This document shows, one piece after another, positions 39,837-47,802 of a stretch of 64,000 nucleotides of DNA (positions within the stretch are counted from its first letter, which is position 1; the number at the start of each line of letters is the position of its first letter). This stretch comes from Terrimesophilobacter sp. (lineage in GTDB: Bacteria; Actinomycetota; Actinomycetes; Actinomycetales; Microbacteriaceae), in contig JBDTBD010000003.1 of NCBI GenBank assembly GCA_039924285.1, positions 17,179 through 81,178 of the forward strand. The letters are read 5' to 3'. The notes beneath the pieces are model-generated. The model saw only the letters and a program-made list of their open reading frames with translations, did not search any database and was not told where the DNA came from. A program made the position numbers and the translations under genes.

Positions 39837-39871
39837 GTTTCGGGGCAGTAACAGGATTCGAGCTGGGAATT

Positions 39872-40255
39872 TCAGCCCGAGACCGCGAGGAACAGCAGCC
39901 CCAGCGCGGGCGGTACCAGTTGAACCAGTGCCGCCCGCCACAGTCGCGGTGAGGAAATCAGCAGCACGAGTCCGGCCAGCACCATTGACGCGGCGCCGGC
40001 GACCATGAGTCCGGCTCCGACCGCCGCATAGCCGAGGGCGATGACCACCATCCCTGCTACTGCGATCAGCGCCAAAAAGAGATTGTAGAAACCCTGGTTG
40101 AACGCGAGCGGCCTGGTGGCATCCACCTGTTCCTGGCTGCGGATGCCGAAAATCTTGCGGGTGGACGGCGCCGACCAGCGCAACGACTCCAACACGAAGA
40201 TGACGAAGTGAATGAAGACGGCCACGCCGAGGAAGGCCAATGCCACCGCGATCAC
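39872..40255 (-). CDS. DUF1304 family membrane protein
   Basis: H..IFVLES..W, AFNQGFYNLFLA, four TM. Confidence 0.88.
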   Translation of the reverse strand: MIAVALAFLGVAVFIHFVIFVLESLRWSAPSTRKIFGIRSQEQVDATRPLAFNQGFYNLFLALIAVAGMVVIALGYAAVGAGLMVAGAASMVLAGLVLLISSPRLWRAALVQLVPPALGLLFLAVSG

Positions 40256-40330
40256 CTGGCCACCTCGCTGTCGATGCGTTCCATCGGGTCAGTTTGGCAC
40301 GATCCCGACGGCGACAGGCGAGCGGGTCAT

Positions 40331-40349
40331 TTCACCCGCAAACTCACCC
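40331..40349. promoter_or_regulatory. Putative operator TTCACCCG-NN-AAC-Y-CACCC, copy 1
   Basis: Direct TCACCC repeat; matching copy at 43516-43534. Confidence 0.45.
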
Positions 40350-40580
40350 GCATCGTGAAACAGACGTTCTGGGTTTTTGAGACAATTGCGGTAACGGGTG
40401 AATTCACCGTCTTAGTCGGTTGCCGATTGACCATCGGCACGCCGCCGGGAGTAGTCGTATCGATCATCCCGACTTAGTGGGTGCTTGCCGGTTTCGGGTT
40501 GCACGAGTCGCAGATCCGCCGTTTATGCGTCAGGGGTCGCGCTCACCGAGGTTCGGGATACCTGTCAGGGGAAGAAGTAC

Positions 40581-43157
40581 ATGGGGGTACGGCGAGTGGT
40601 GGGGACGCCGTTGGTCGGGGCCCCGCCGCTGCCCCGCTACCTGGTGCGAAATATCCCTGCCGAGGACCGGCTGGGCGCATTCACGAGAGACTACCCGCTG
40701 ACCCTTCTTCGAGCTCCGGTTGGGTTGGGTAAGCGAACGCTGGTGGCGTCCTGGCTTCGCCACGGGGCGACAGACCTCAGGCCACTGTGGCTACGCTTGC
40801 CACACGACACCGCGCAAGCCTCTGACGTGATCGACCTCGTGAACCATACCCTCGACTCCAGGGCGCCGCTGCTGCCGATGCTGAGCGACCACTACCGGTG
40901 GCGTGAACGCGATCGCCCCACGGTCATCGTTGTAGACATCCGGGCGCTGAACCTCACTGCCGACCAACTTGAAGAGATCGAGCACGCCACACGAGTCCAG
41001 CACCGACTTCCTATGGTTGTGATCCAAGACACTCTGTCTGGCTCGGCGTTGGCCCATGACCGCAGACACCCGGTTATCACGGCCTACGACCTGCAGCTCG
41101 CCCCAACGGCACTGCGAGACACACTTGAGCGGCACCACGTGCAGGTCCCAGAGTCCATCGTCACGGCACTTTGCGACAATTATCGGGCCAGCCCTGTCAT
41201 GGTTTCTGCGCTGGTCGAGCAGCTCACCGAGCATGATAGACGGCCCGAAGAATCGCTTGCGTGGGCGCACGCGACCTCACTCACCCGCCTCGCTCGGCGG
41301 TTGATGCCGCACGAGGACTCGGCGGCACTGGCGTTGCTCACGATGCTGCCGACAATCGACGAAAACCGTCTCGTCGAGAAACTCGGGCACGAATACAGCG
41401 CACTGCCCTTTCGCGAGCTGGCTACGCGCGGTTATCTGGAACGCGTCGTCCTCGACGACAACCGTGCAGTTGTCCGTTTGCCGGATTTCGTGCGCGAGAT
41501 CGTGCGGTCAGTGATGTTGCCCTACTACTTGGACGACCGCACGCGACTCCACCTGATCGCATCGTCGCTGAGTCTCAACGACAACGACCTGCTTGCGGCG
41601 GTTCAGCAGCTGCTGTTGCTCAACGACGTCGCTGCGGCAGTGGACCTCTGCTGCGCACACTGGGAGGCTTCGCTACGACGCAGCCTCGACAAGACACGCG
41701 AGGTCTGCGCCTCGATCCCCGAAGATGGCATCCGGTCAAGCCTCGAAGCGAGTGCTGCCGTGGTGCTCATCCATCTGGCAACGCCCAGAATAGACCCGCC
41801 GGGAACCTTGACCGCCCGGGTGTTGGCAGCACAGGCTGGTGAGCTTGCGGCGCTCAAGCCGCACGCGAGGCTGACGGTGTCCACGGCGCGAATCAATTTG
41901 CTGCTGGAACGCGGATGCATCGACACGGCTGAGCGCGAGGTCCACGACACTCACGTCAGCCTGGGGCTGGGTAACAGTCGCCCCGACCTCGCCGTTGACA
42001 GAATGTACCGAGACTTCTTGTTGGCCGCAGGTCGCACCGCACTTTTCAGGGGGAGACTGCGCACGAGCGCGCGTTTGTATGACGAGGCACTGAGCATCGC
42101 CCAGATCACCAGCGCCCCCCGGTCCACCTACCAGGCGCTAATCGGTAAAGCATTGTGCCTGTCACTCAATGCGGAGTTCTTAGCCGCACAGGAACTGCTC
42201 GATCACGCAACCGCGATCGAAGAACAGTTCGCCTGGGGGAGATCGCAAGCCTCGGCCGAAAAGACTTGGTGCCAGTGTCTGATTTGGGATTTCCAGGGCG
42301 GCCATGCCCGCATCCAAAAAACTCTGGCTGCGGCGACAAGCGCCCACCCCGCGAACGCCGCGTGGGGGGCGGTCATTGCCTACATGCAGGCGAGTCTGTT
42401 TCGTCACGATGGTCGCCACGCCGAGGCCGAAAGTCTTCTTCGAACCCATCTTGAGTCAATCATCCCCACTCCGCCGATGCCACTGTTTCGCCACACGGCC
42501 GCCGCCTTCCTCGCAGTCTGTCTACTCGACTCCCGACAACCTGGAGCCGCGCTTGAAGCGCTGAACCACCGCGCCCCCCACGAGATCGAGCCGCAGTTTC
42601 TGCCAGCTATCGAGGCGCTTGCCCATATTTCCCGTGGGCAGCCGCTCGCCGCGCTCGAAGCGACCGAAACAGGCCTGAATAACAGAGCCGCACAGCCGAA
42701 GACGGCGCTCTTATTCATCTATCTGGCGCGAGCCGTGGCGCTGGAAACCCTCGGCTTCCACGACGCTGCCGAGGATGCCTTTCTCAACATGTTGGGCATT
42801 GCCACCAACTCGGGTATGCAGCTCACCATCGGCAACCCGGCAGCGTCGACCCTCACAGTAATCCGCCGCAGGGCGCAGGTCAAAGAGCCGCGGCTGAATG
42901 CTGACGCGATCCATCTCGGAACGGAACCAACCCCCATCGTGGGCAGCGGTGCAGGCACGCTAACCAAGCTGACCAAGAAGGAGCGTGAGGTCTTACGTCA
43001 CCTGATCGGGAACGTCACACTGGGCCAGATCGCTGCGAAGCTGTACATCAGCGAGAATACCGTCAAGACACACACCAGGAACTTGTATCACAAGCTCGGC
43101 GTGAGTTCTCGACACGATGCGGCCGAGATCGCCATCAGGTGGGGAATTTCGTCATAA
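40581..43157 (+). CDS. MalT/LAL-like LuxR family regulator
   Basis: N-terminal degenerate P-loop APVGLGKRT, helical middle region, C-terminal LTKKEREVL..IAAKLYISENTVKTH..NLYHKLGV; start uncertain (40485 possible). Confidence 0.88.
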   Translation: MGVRRVVGTPLVGAPPLPRYLVRNIPAEDRLGAFTRDYPLTLLRAPVGLGKRTLVASWLRHGATDLRPLWLRLPHDTAQASDVIDLVNHTLDSRAPLLPMLSDHYRWRERDRPTVIVVDIRALNLTADQLEEIEHATRVQHRLPMVVIQDTLSGSALAHDRRHPVITAYDLQLAPTALRDTLERHHVQVPESIVTALCDNYRASPVMVSALVEQLTEHDRRPEESLAWAHATSLTRLARRLMPHEDSAALALLTMLPTIDENRLVEKLGHEYSALPFRELATRGYLERVVLDDNRAVVRLPDFVREIVRSVMLPYYLDDRTRLHLIASSLSLNDNDLLAAVQQLLLLNDVAAAVDLCCAHWEASLRRSLDKTREVCASIPEDGIRSSLEASAAVVLIHLATPRIDPPGTLTARVLAAQAGELAALKPHARLTVSTARINLLLERGCIDTAEREVHDTHVSLGLGNSRPDLAVDRMYRDFLLAAGRTALFRGRLRTSARLYDEALSIAQITSAPRSTYQALIGKALCLSLNAEFLAAQELLDHATAIEEQFAWGRSQASAEKTWCQCLIWDFQGGHARIQKTLAAATSAHPANAAWGAVIAYMQASLFRHDGRHAEAESLLRTHLESIIPTPPMPLFRHTAAAFLAVCLLDSRQPGAALEALNHRAPHEIEPQFLPAIEALAHISRGQPLAALEATETGLNNRAAQPKTALLFIYLARAVALETLGFHDAAEDAFLNMLGIATNSGMQLTIGNPAASTLTVIRRRAQVKEPRLNADAIHLGTEPTPIVGSGAGTLTKLTKKEREVLRHLIGNVTLGQIAAKLYISENTVKTHTRNLYHKLGVSSRHDAAEIAIRWGISS

Positions 43158-43433
43158 CACCTGCCGTTGGGACGCTCGCTTTTCTGCAGCTTCCTGACGA
43201 CTGTTGTAGGGCTTGCGGTCGAGGGCCAACCATTGCGCGTACGTGTGGTCGCGGCCGAGCGCACAGGTGCAACTGATCCGAATGACGTCGCCGGTTTCCG
43301 CGACGTGATGCGTCTCGACATGCGCCCCGTGCGGCACGCGACGCGTGGGGGCCTCCGGCGTTACCACCAGCGAGCGTGCCGTGTCGTGATGCGTTAGAGC
43401 TCGCGCTGCCGTCTTGTGAACCGGGGAGTGCAT
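43152..43433 (-). CDS. Small hypothetical protein with HH..CxC-x4-H motif
   Basis: 93-aa ORF with THHVAETGDVIRISCTCALGRDHTY; TAGGCT -10-like hexamer upstream. Confidence 0.5.
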   Translation of the reverse strand: MHSPVHKTAARALTHHDTARSLVVTPEAPTRRVPHGAHVETHHVAETGDVIRISCTCALGRDHTYAQWLALDRKPYNSRQEAAEKRASQRQVL

Positions 43434-43515
43434 CGGCGCCTTGCTCTCTGAATTGGAGTTCTATCGCTTGGAGCCTAAAACGCGACGCGATGGACTTCCC
43501 ACTGATCCGCTGAAC

Positions 43516-43534
43516 TTCACCCGTGAACCCACCC
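43516..43534. promoter_or_regulatory. Putative operator TTCACCCG-NN-AAC-Y-CACCC, copy 2
   Basis: 16/19 identical to 40331-40349. Confidence 0.45.
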
Positions 43535-43584
43535 AGCTCATGCGCTACTGCCGAGGGCCGAGCCCCCAAACAGGGGCTGACCGA

Positions 43585-44478
43585 TCAACCGACCGCCGGC
43601 CCCGCATGAAAAAACTCATGGGCCGCTGCCCTATGCTGCACGGTGATCTGCTCGAACAGGGCAAGGCTGTCGAAGCCGGGCCAGTTGTCCGGCAGCGCGG
43701 CCGGCGGCAGGCCCGGGTCAAGGTAGGGCAGGATGCGCCACTGATCGAGCGCACGGATGAAGCGTCGAAATGATCCGCCGGCATCCTGCAGGTCGGTGCC
43801 GTGCGGTTCTGTATCGTGCGGGTCTGTACCGTGCCGGTCTGTGTCGTGCGGGTCGACGCCGCCGGTCGGAATGCCCCGCTGAGACTCCAGAAAATTGCGG
43901 TGCAGCCCGGCGAGACGCTCGAGATCCCACCAGCGGCGGGCGGCCTCTGCCAGACTGTGCGCGGTACGGGGTGTGTCGGTGAGAAAGATGGTCACCTGTT
44001 CCCCCAGGTGCAGCTCGGTCACGATCTGCTCGACCTCATCCGTGAGGAACGCCGGGCAGATCCACAGCCCGGTAGACACGGTGCCGCAGCCGATCCAGCC
44101 GAGACGCTGCCGAAGCAGGTGGCGCACGCCCCGCTGCGTCTCAGGGATCGAAAACGACAGCAGGCACCACTGGTCGCCGTCGGCCATCTGGCGAAAGGTG
44201 AAGATGCGGCGGTCGCCGCTCTCCAGCATCGGGACCGCCTCCGGATTCAGCGCGTATCCGGCCGCGGCCTGCCGCGTCTCGGGGAGGAGCAGGCCCTTCG
44301 CCTTCACCCGGGAGATGGCAGTGCGGGTGTGCGGGGCACTGACCCCCACCGCATTCATCAGGCGGATCAGTTCTGCCACCGAAATCCATCCGCCCAGGCG
44401 GCGCAGGCCCACGCCCACGATCGTGCGCAGCAGCGAGGTGGCGCTGCCGGAGCGGGCGTCGACGTCGTCAAGGATCAC
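43585..44478 (-). CDS. PaaX family transcriptional regulator
   Basis: RTAISRVK.KG, W.LLSFSIPE..R..RH.LR..L.W.G.G, WWDL, WR.LPYLDPGLP. Confidence 0.92.
   Translation of the reverse strand: MILDDVDARSGSATSLLRTIVGVGLRRLGGWISVAELIRLMNAVGVSAPHTRTAISRVKAKGLLLPETRQAAAGYALNPEAVPMLESGDRRIFTFRQMADGDQWCLLSFSIPETQRGVRHLLRQRLGWIGCGTVSTGLWICPAFLTDEVEQIVTELHLGEQVTIFLTDTPRTAHSLAEAARRWWDLERLAGLHRNFLESQRGIPTGGVDPHDTDRHGTDPHDTEPHGTDLQDAGGSFRRFIRALDQWRILPYLDPGLPPAALPDNWPGFDSLALFEQITVQHRAAAHEFFHAGPAVG
43791..43850. repeat. 4 x 15-bp in-frame tandem repeat (H[DG]T[DE]x) inside PaaX
   Basis: ggtcggtgccgtgcg/gttctgtatcgtgcg/ggtctgtaccgtgcc/ggtctgtgtcgtgcg. Confidence 0.85.
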
Positions 44479-44518
44479 CCGCGGCGCTTTGGCTCTGGCC
44501 CGGGGTGGCGTAGACCGG

Positions 44519-45757
44519 TCACGACGGCAGCCGTTCCAGTTCCTCCCGGATGGCCTCCACCCCGAGCCACAGCTCTTCGAAGCTGGTCGACAGCGGCGAC
44601 AGGCCCAGCCGGATGCCGTTCGGGGTGCGGAAGTCGGGGATGATGCCGCGCTGCCACAGTGCCGCGTTCACCTGGCGGAACCGGTCGTGGGTGATGGTGA
44701 TGTGGCTGCCGCGGCGGGCGGCGTCCCGCGGGGAGGCGAGGCCGACCCCCAGCGGAGCAAGCACCGCGTCGGTCAGCGCGATCGCGTATTCGGTCATCCG
44801 CACCGACTTCTCGCGCACCGCGACAACTCCCACGCCGCCGATCAGCTCGAGCATGTCGCGCATCGGCAGCATGCCGATCACCGGTGGGGTGCCACTGATG
44901 AACCGGCGAAGGCCCGGGTGCGGCTGGTAATCAGGACCCATGGTGAACGGTTCGCTGCTGCCCATCCACCCCCAGATGGGCTGCTGGAAGGTGTCGTGGT
45001 GCTCGGCGCGCACGTAGCCGAAGGCAGGGGCGCCGGGTCCGCCGTTCAGATATTTGTAGGTGCAGCCCGCCGCCAAATCCACGCCCCACGCGTCCAGTTC
45101 GGTGGGCACGACGCCCACCGAGTGGCACAGGTCGAACAGCACGAGCGCGCCGGCCCGGTGGGCCGCCGCGGTGACGGCTGGCGCATCGGCCAGGTAGCCG
45201 GATCGGTAGTCCACGTGGCTGAGCACCACCAGGGCGGTGTCCGGCCCGCAGGCGGCAGCAACCTGCTCGGCGGTGACGCCGGCATCCGGCTCCGGGGTGA
45301 TCCAGATGAGGGTCGCGCCGCGCTCGGCGGCGATGCCCTGCAGCAAGAACCGATCGGTGGGAAAGTTGCCGGTGTCCACGACGATTTGGTGCCGGCCCGG
45401 GCGGGCGTCCAGTGCGGCGCGCATCAGCTTGTAGAGGATGACGGTAGTGGAGTCACCGATGAAGGTTTGCCCGGCGGCCGCGCCGAGCGTCACCTGGCCC
45501 AGGGTGTCGCCGAGGGTGAGCGGCAGGTCGTACCATTCCTCGTCCCAGCCCCGGCTCAGCCGGGCGCCCCAGGCCTGGGTGGCGAAGGACGCGAGACGTT
45601 CGGCGCTGGCGGCCAGCGGGCGGCCGAGCGAGTTCCCGTCGAGGTAGGCGACGACATCCGCCTGGGCGACGAACAATTCGCGGTGGGCGCGCAGCGGGTC
45701 GGTCGCATCGAGGGCGCGGGCTGCATCCAGGCTGGTGTCGGTCAGCGGGTCGGTCAT
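44519..45757 (-). CDS. kynU: Kynureninase
   Basis: YLDGNSLG, DSTT, NFPTD, DLCHSVG, GCTYKYLNGGPG, GWMG, RGSH, DFR.P..IR. Confidence 0.93.
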   Translation of the reverse strand: MTDPLTDTSLDAARALDATDPLRAHRELFVAQADVVAYLDGNSLGRPLAASAERLASFATQAWGARLSRGWDEEWYDLPLTLGDTLGQVTLGAAAGQTFIGDSTTVILYKLMRAALDARPGRHQIVVDTGNFPTDRFLLQGIAAERGATLIWITPEPDAGVTAEQVAAACGPDTALVVLSHVDYRSGYLADAPAVTAAAHRAGALVLFDLCHSVGVVPTELDAWGVDLAAGCTYKYLNGGPGAPAFGYVRAEHHDTFQQPIWGWMGSSEPFTMGPDYQPHPGLRRFISGTPPVIGMLPMRDMLELIGGVGVVAVREKSVRMTEYAIALTDAVLAPLGVGLASPRDAARRGSHITITHDRFRQVNAALWQRGIIPDFRTPNGIRLGLSPLSTSFEELWLGVEAIREELERLPS

Positions 45758-46779
45758 CTGGGTCGCTCCTTAGATTCGGGTGAAACAGCTGCTGCACTGA
45801 GCACGGATGCACCAGCGAGCCAGGCGGGGACATCCGGCAGTGCAACTCCGGCGATAAAGCTGACGGCGGGGCCGAATCCACCGGTGCGCGTTCCTACGAT
45901 GCTGCGCACGACGGCGTCGCTGTCGAGGCCGGCGTCTTGCAGGGCGCGCAGTTCGCGGAGGTTGACACCAAGCGGCAGTGGGCCGTTACCGAGGTCGGTG
46001 CCATAGACAACGGTGCCGCCGAACCGGTGGAACCGGCGCAGGTTGTCCTGGGCGGTGGCGAAGTCCGCGCCGTACTTTCCCCAGCCGTGGATATCGAGGG
46101 TGCTGATCCACTGCTGCGAGCCGGCCATCGACTTTACGAGGTCGTCATCAAGCCGTTCTGTCCACGGCGTGTGAGCGAGCCGATCGACACCGGCCGCGAA
46201 GGCTCGTTCCGCTTGGCCGATGCCTTCGGCGTGCGCGACCACGGTGGTGCCCGCCGTGTGGGCATGGGAGACCAGGGCGGCAAGGGTGCTGTCGTCGAGC
46301 ACCGGGCCGGCATCGGAGTTGAGGGTGATCTTGATGAAGCTGGCGCCGACGGCCAGTTGCGCGTCGATGGCGGCCGTTGCAGTCTCGGGCGAAGACACCT
46401 CGGCCACGCACTGCGACGGCGCCCACGCCCGATCAGTCGGATACCCGCCCGGCGCGGTGAGGAACGCTCCGGCGAAGCGCACCGACGGCAGAGCCGGGTT
46501 GTCGGGCCAGCCGCGGGCGATGTCGGGATTCCAGCCGAGGTCGTCGACTGCGGCGATGCCACCAGCGAGAAGCGCAGCGCCGTCGATGAGTCCCAGGTGG
46601 ACGTGCGCGTCGGTGAGGGGAGGAAGCACGGTGCCAGCCAGGTGTGCGCTCGGGGCGGGGTCGGCATCCGTGGCGATGCGAATGCTGCCACCGTCGACGA
46701 CGAGCGCGGTCGAGCCGAGCCACCGGCCGGCCCAGCACTCGTCGACCGAAAACACGGAATCAATCACCGGTGATTCCAC
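45754..46779 (-). CDS. Metal-dependent amidohydrolase superfamily protein (candidate kynurenine formamidase)
   Basis: LTDAHVHL (HxH), FIKI, VAHAEG, LAHTP, YGTDLG; abuts kynA and overlaps kynU. Confidence 0.8.
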   Translation of the reverse strand: MESPVIDSVFSVDECWAGRWLGSTALVVDGGSIRIATDADPAPSAHLAGTVLPPLTDAHVHLGLIDGAALLAGGIAAVDDLGWNPDIARGWPDNPALPSVRFAGAFLTAPGGYPTDRAWAPSQCVAEVSSPETATAAIDAQLAVGASFIKITLNSDAGPVLDDSTLAALVSHAHTAGTTVVAHAEGIGQAERAFAAGVDRLAHTPWTERLDDDLVKSMAGSQQWISTLDIHGWGKYGADFATAQDNLRRFHRFGGTVVYGTDLGNGPLPLGVNLRELRALQDAGLDSDAVVRSIVGTRTGGFGPAVSFIAGVALPDVPAWLAGASVLSAAAVSPESKERPR

Positions 46780-47634
46780 TCACCGAATTTCGGTCCGAAC
46801 AGCATACAACTCGGGGAAAAACGTGAGGTCGAGCGCCTTCTGCAAGAAGCTGACCCCGCTCGATCCGCCGGTGCCCCGCTTCATGCCGATGATGCGCATC
46901 ACCGTCTTGACGTGTCGGAACCGCCACAGTTGGAAGTTGTCTTCGAGGTCGACGAATTCCTCGCAGGTCTCATAGGCGAGCCAGTGCTGGTCGGGGTGCT
47001 CGTAGATTTCCCGGAAGGTGTCCACCAACTCGGGGTGGAACGCGTAACCCTGGGTGACATCCCGTTCCAGCACGGATGCGGGAACGTCGAATCCGTGCCG
47101 CGCGAGGTAGCGCAGGAACTCGTCGTACACGCTCGGCTCACCGAGCAACGTGGACAGCAGTTCGTGCGCCTCCGGGTTCGACTCGAACACCTTCAACATG
47201 CCGGCGTTCTTGTTGCCGAGCAGAAACTCGACGGCGCGGTATTGGTAGGACTGGAATCCGGAGGCGTTGCCCAGATAGCCACGGAACTGCGCATACTCGC
47301 TCGGCGTCAACGTCGCGAGCACGGACCACTGTTCGGTGAGTTGGCGCTGAATGTGTTTGACCCGAGCGATGCGTTTGAGAGCAACCTGCAGTTCGTCATT
47401 CGCGATCAGATCTCGCGCCGAGAGCAGCTCATGCCGCATGAGCTTCAACCACAGTTCGCTGGTCTGGTGCTGGATGATGAACAGCATCTCGTCGTGGTGC
47501 ACAGGATCGCTCACCGGAACCTGCGCCGCGAGTAGCTTGTCCAGGTGCAGGTAGGAGCCGTAGCTCATCCGGTCTTTGAAATCGGTGACGATGTCGGCTT
47601 CGATCGCTCGTTCACCGGTAGAAGAAGTTGGCAT
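46780..47634 (-). CDS. kynA: Tryptophan 2,3-dioxygenase
   Basis: YGSYL.LD.LL, HDEMLFIIQHQTSELW, ASGFQS.QYR, WRFRH...V.RIIG.K.GTGGSSG. Confidence 0.96.
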   Translation of the reverse strand: MPTSSTGERAIEADIVTDFKDRMSYGSYLHLDKLLAAQVPVSDPVHHDEMLFIIQHQTSELWLKLMRHELLSARDLIANDELQVALKRIARVKHIQRQLTEQWSVLATLTPSEYAQFRGYLGNASGFQSYQYRAVEFLLGNKNAGMLKVFESNPEAHELLSTLLGEPSVYDEFLRYLARHGFDVPASVLERDVTQGYAFHPELVDTFREIYEHPDQHWLAYETCEEFVDLEDNFQLWRFRHVKTVMRIIGMKRGTGGSSGVSFLQKALDLTFFPELYAVRTEIR

Positions 47635-47700
47635 GCCGACACCCTATTACACTTTCGCGACGGTCGCCTACCTTTTGTGACACCATCCCCGTCCGCCCCA

Positions 47701-47782
47701 CCCGTTTCACGGAGTTTCTGTGCCCGAGGGCCGTGGTTGCCGAGGCACAGGGACTTCAGCGACAGGAACTCCGTGAAATGGG
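47701..47782. repeat. 82-bp palindromic intergenic element, copy 3
   Basis: CCCGTTTCACGGAGTT...AACTCCGTGAAATGGG. Confidence 0.85.
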
Positions 47783-47802
47783 ATCAGGACGCAGGTGCGC
47801 TG

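Noticed and set aside
43895-46006. 703-aa plus-strand ORF
   Set aside because: Antisense to paaX/kynU; no recognisable domain
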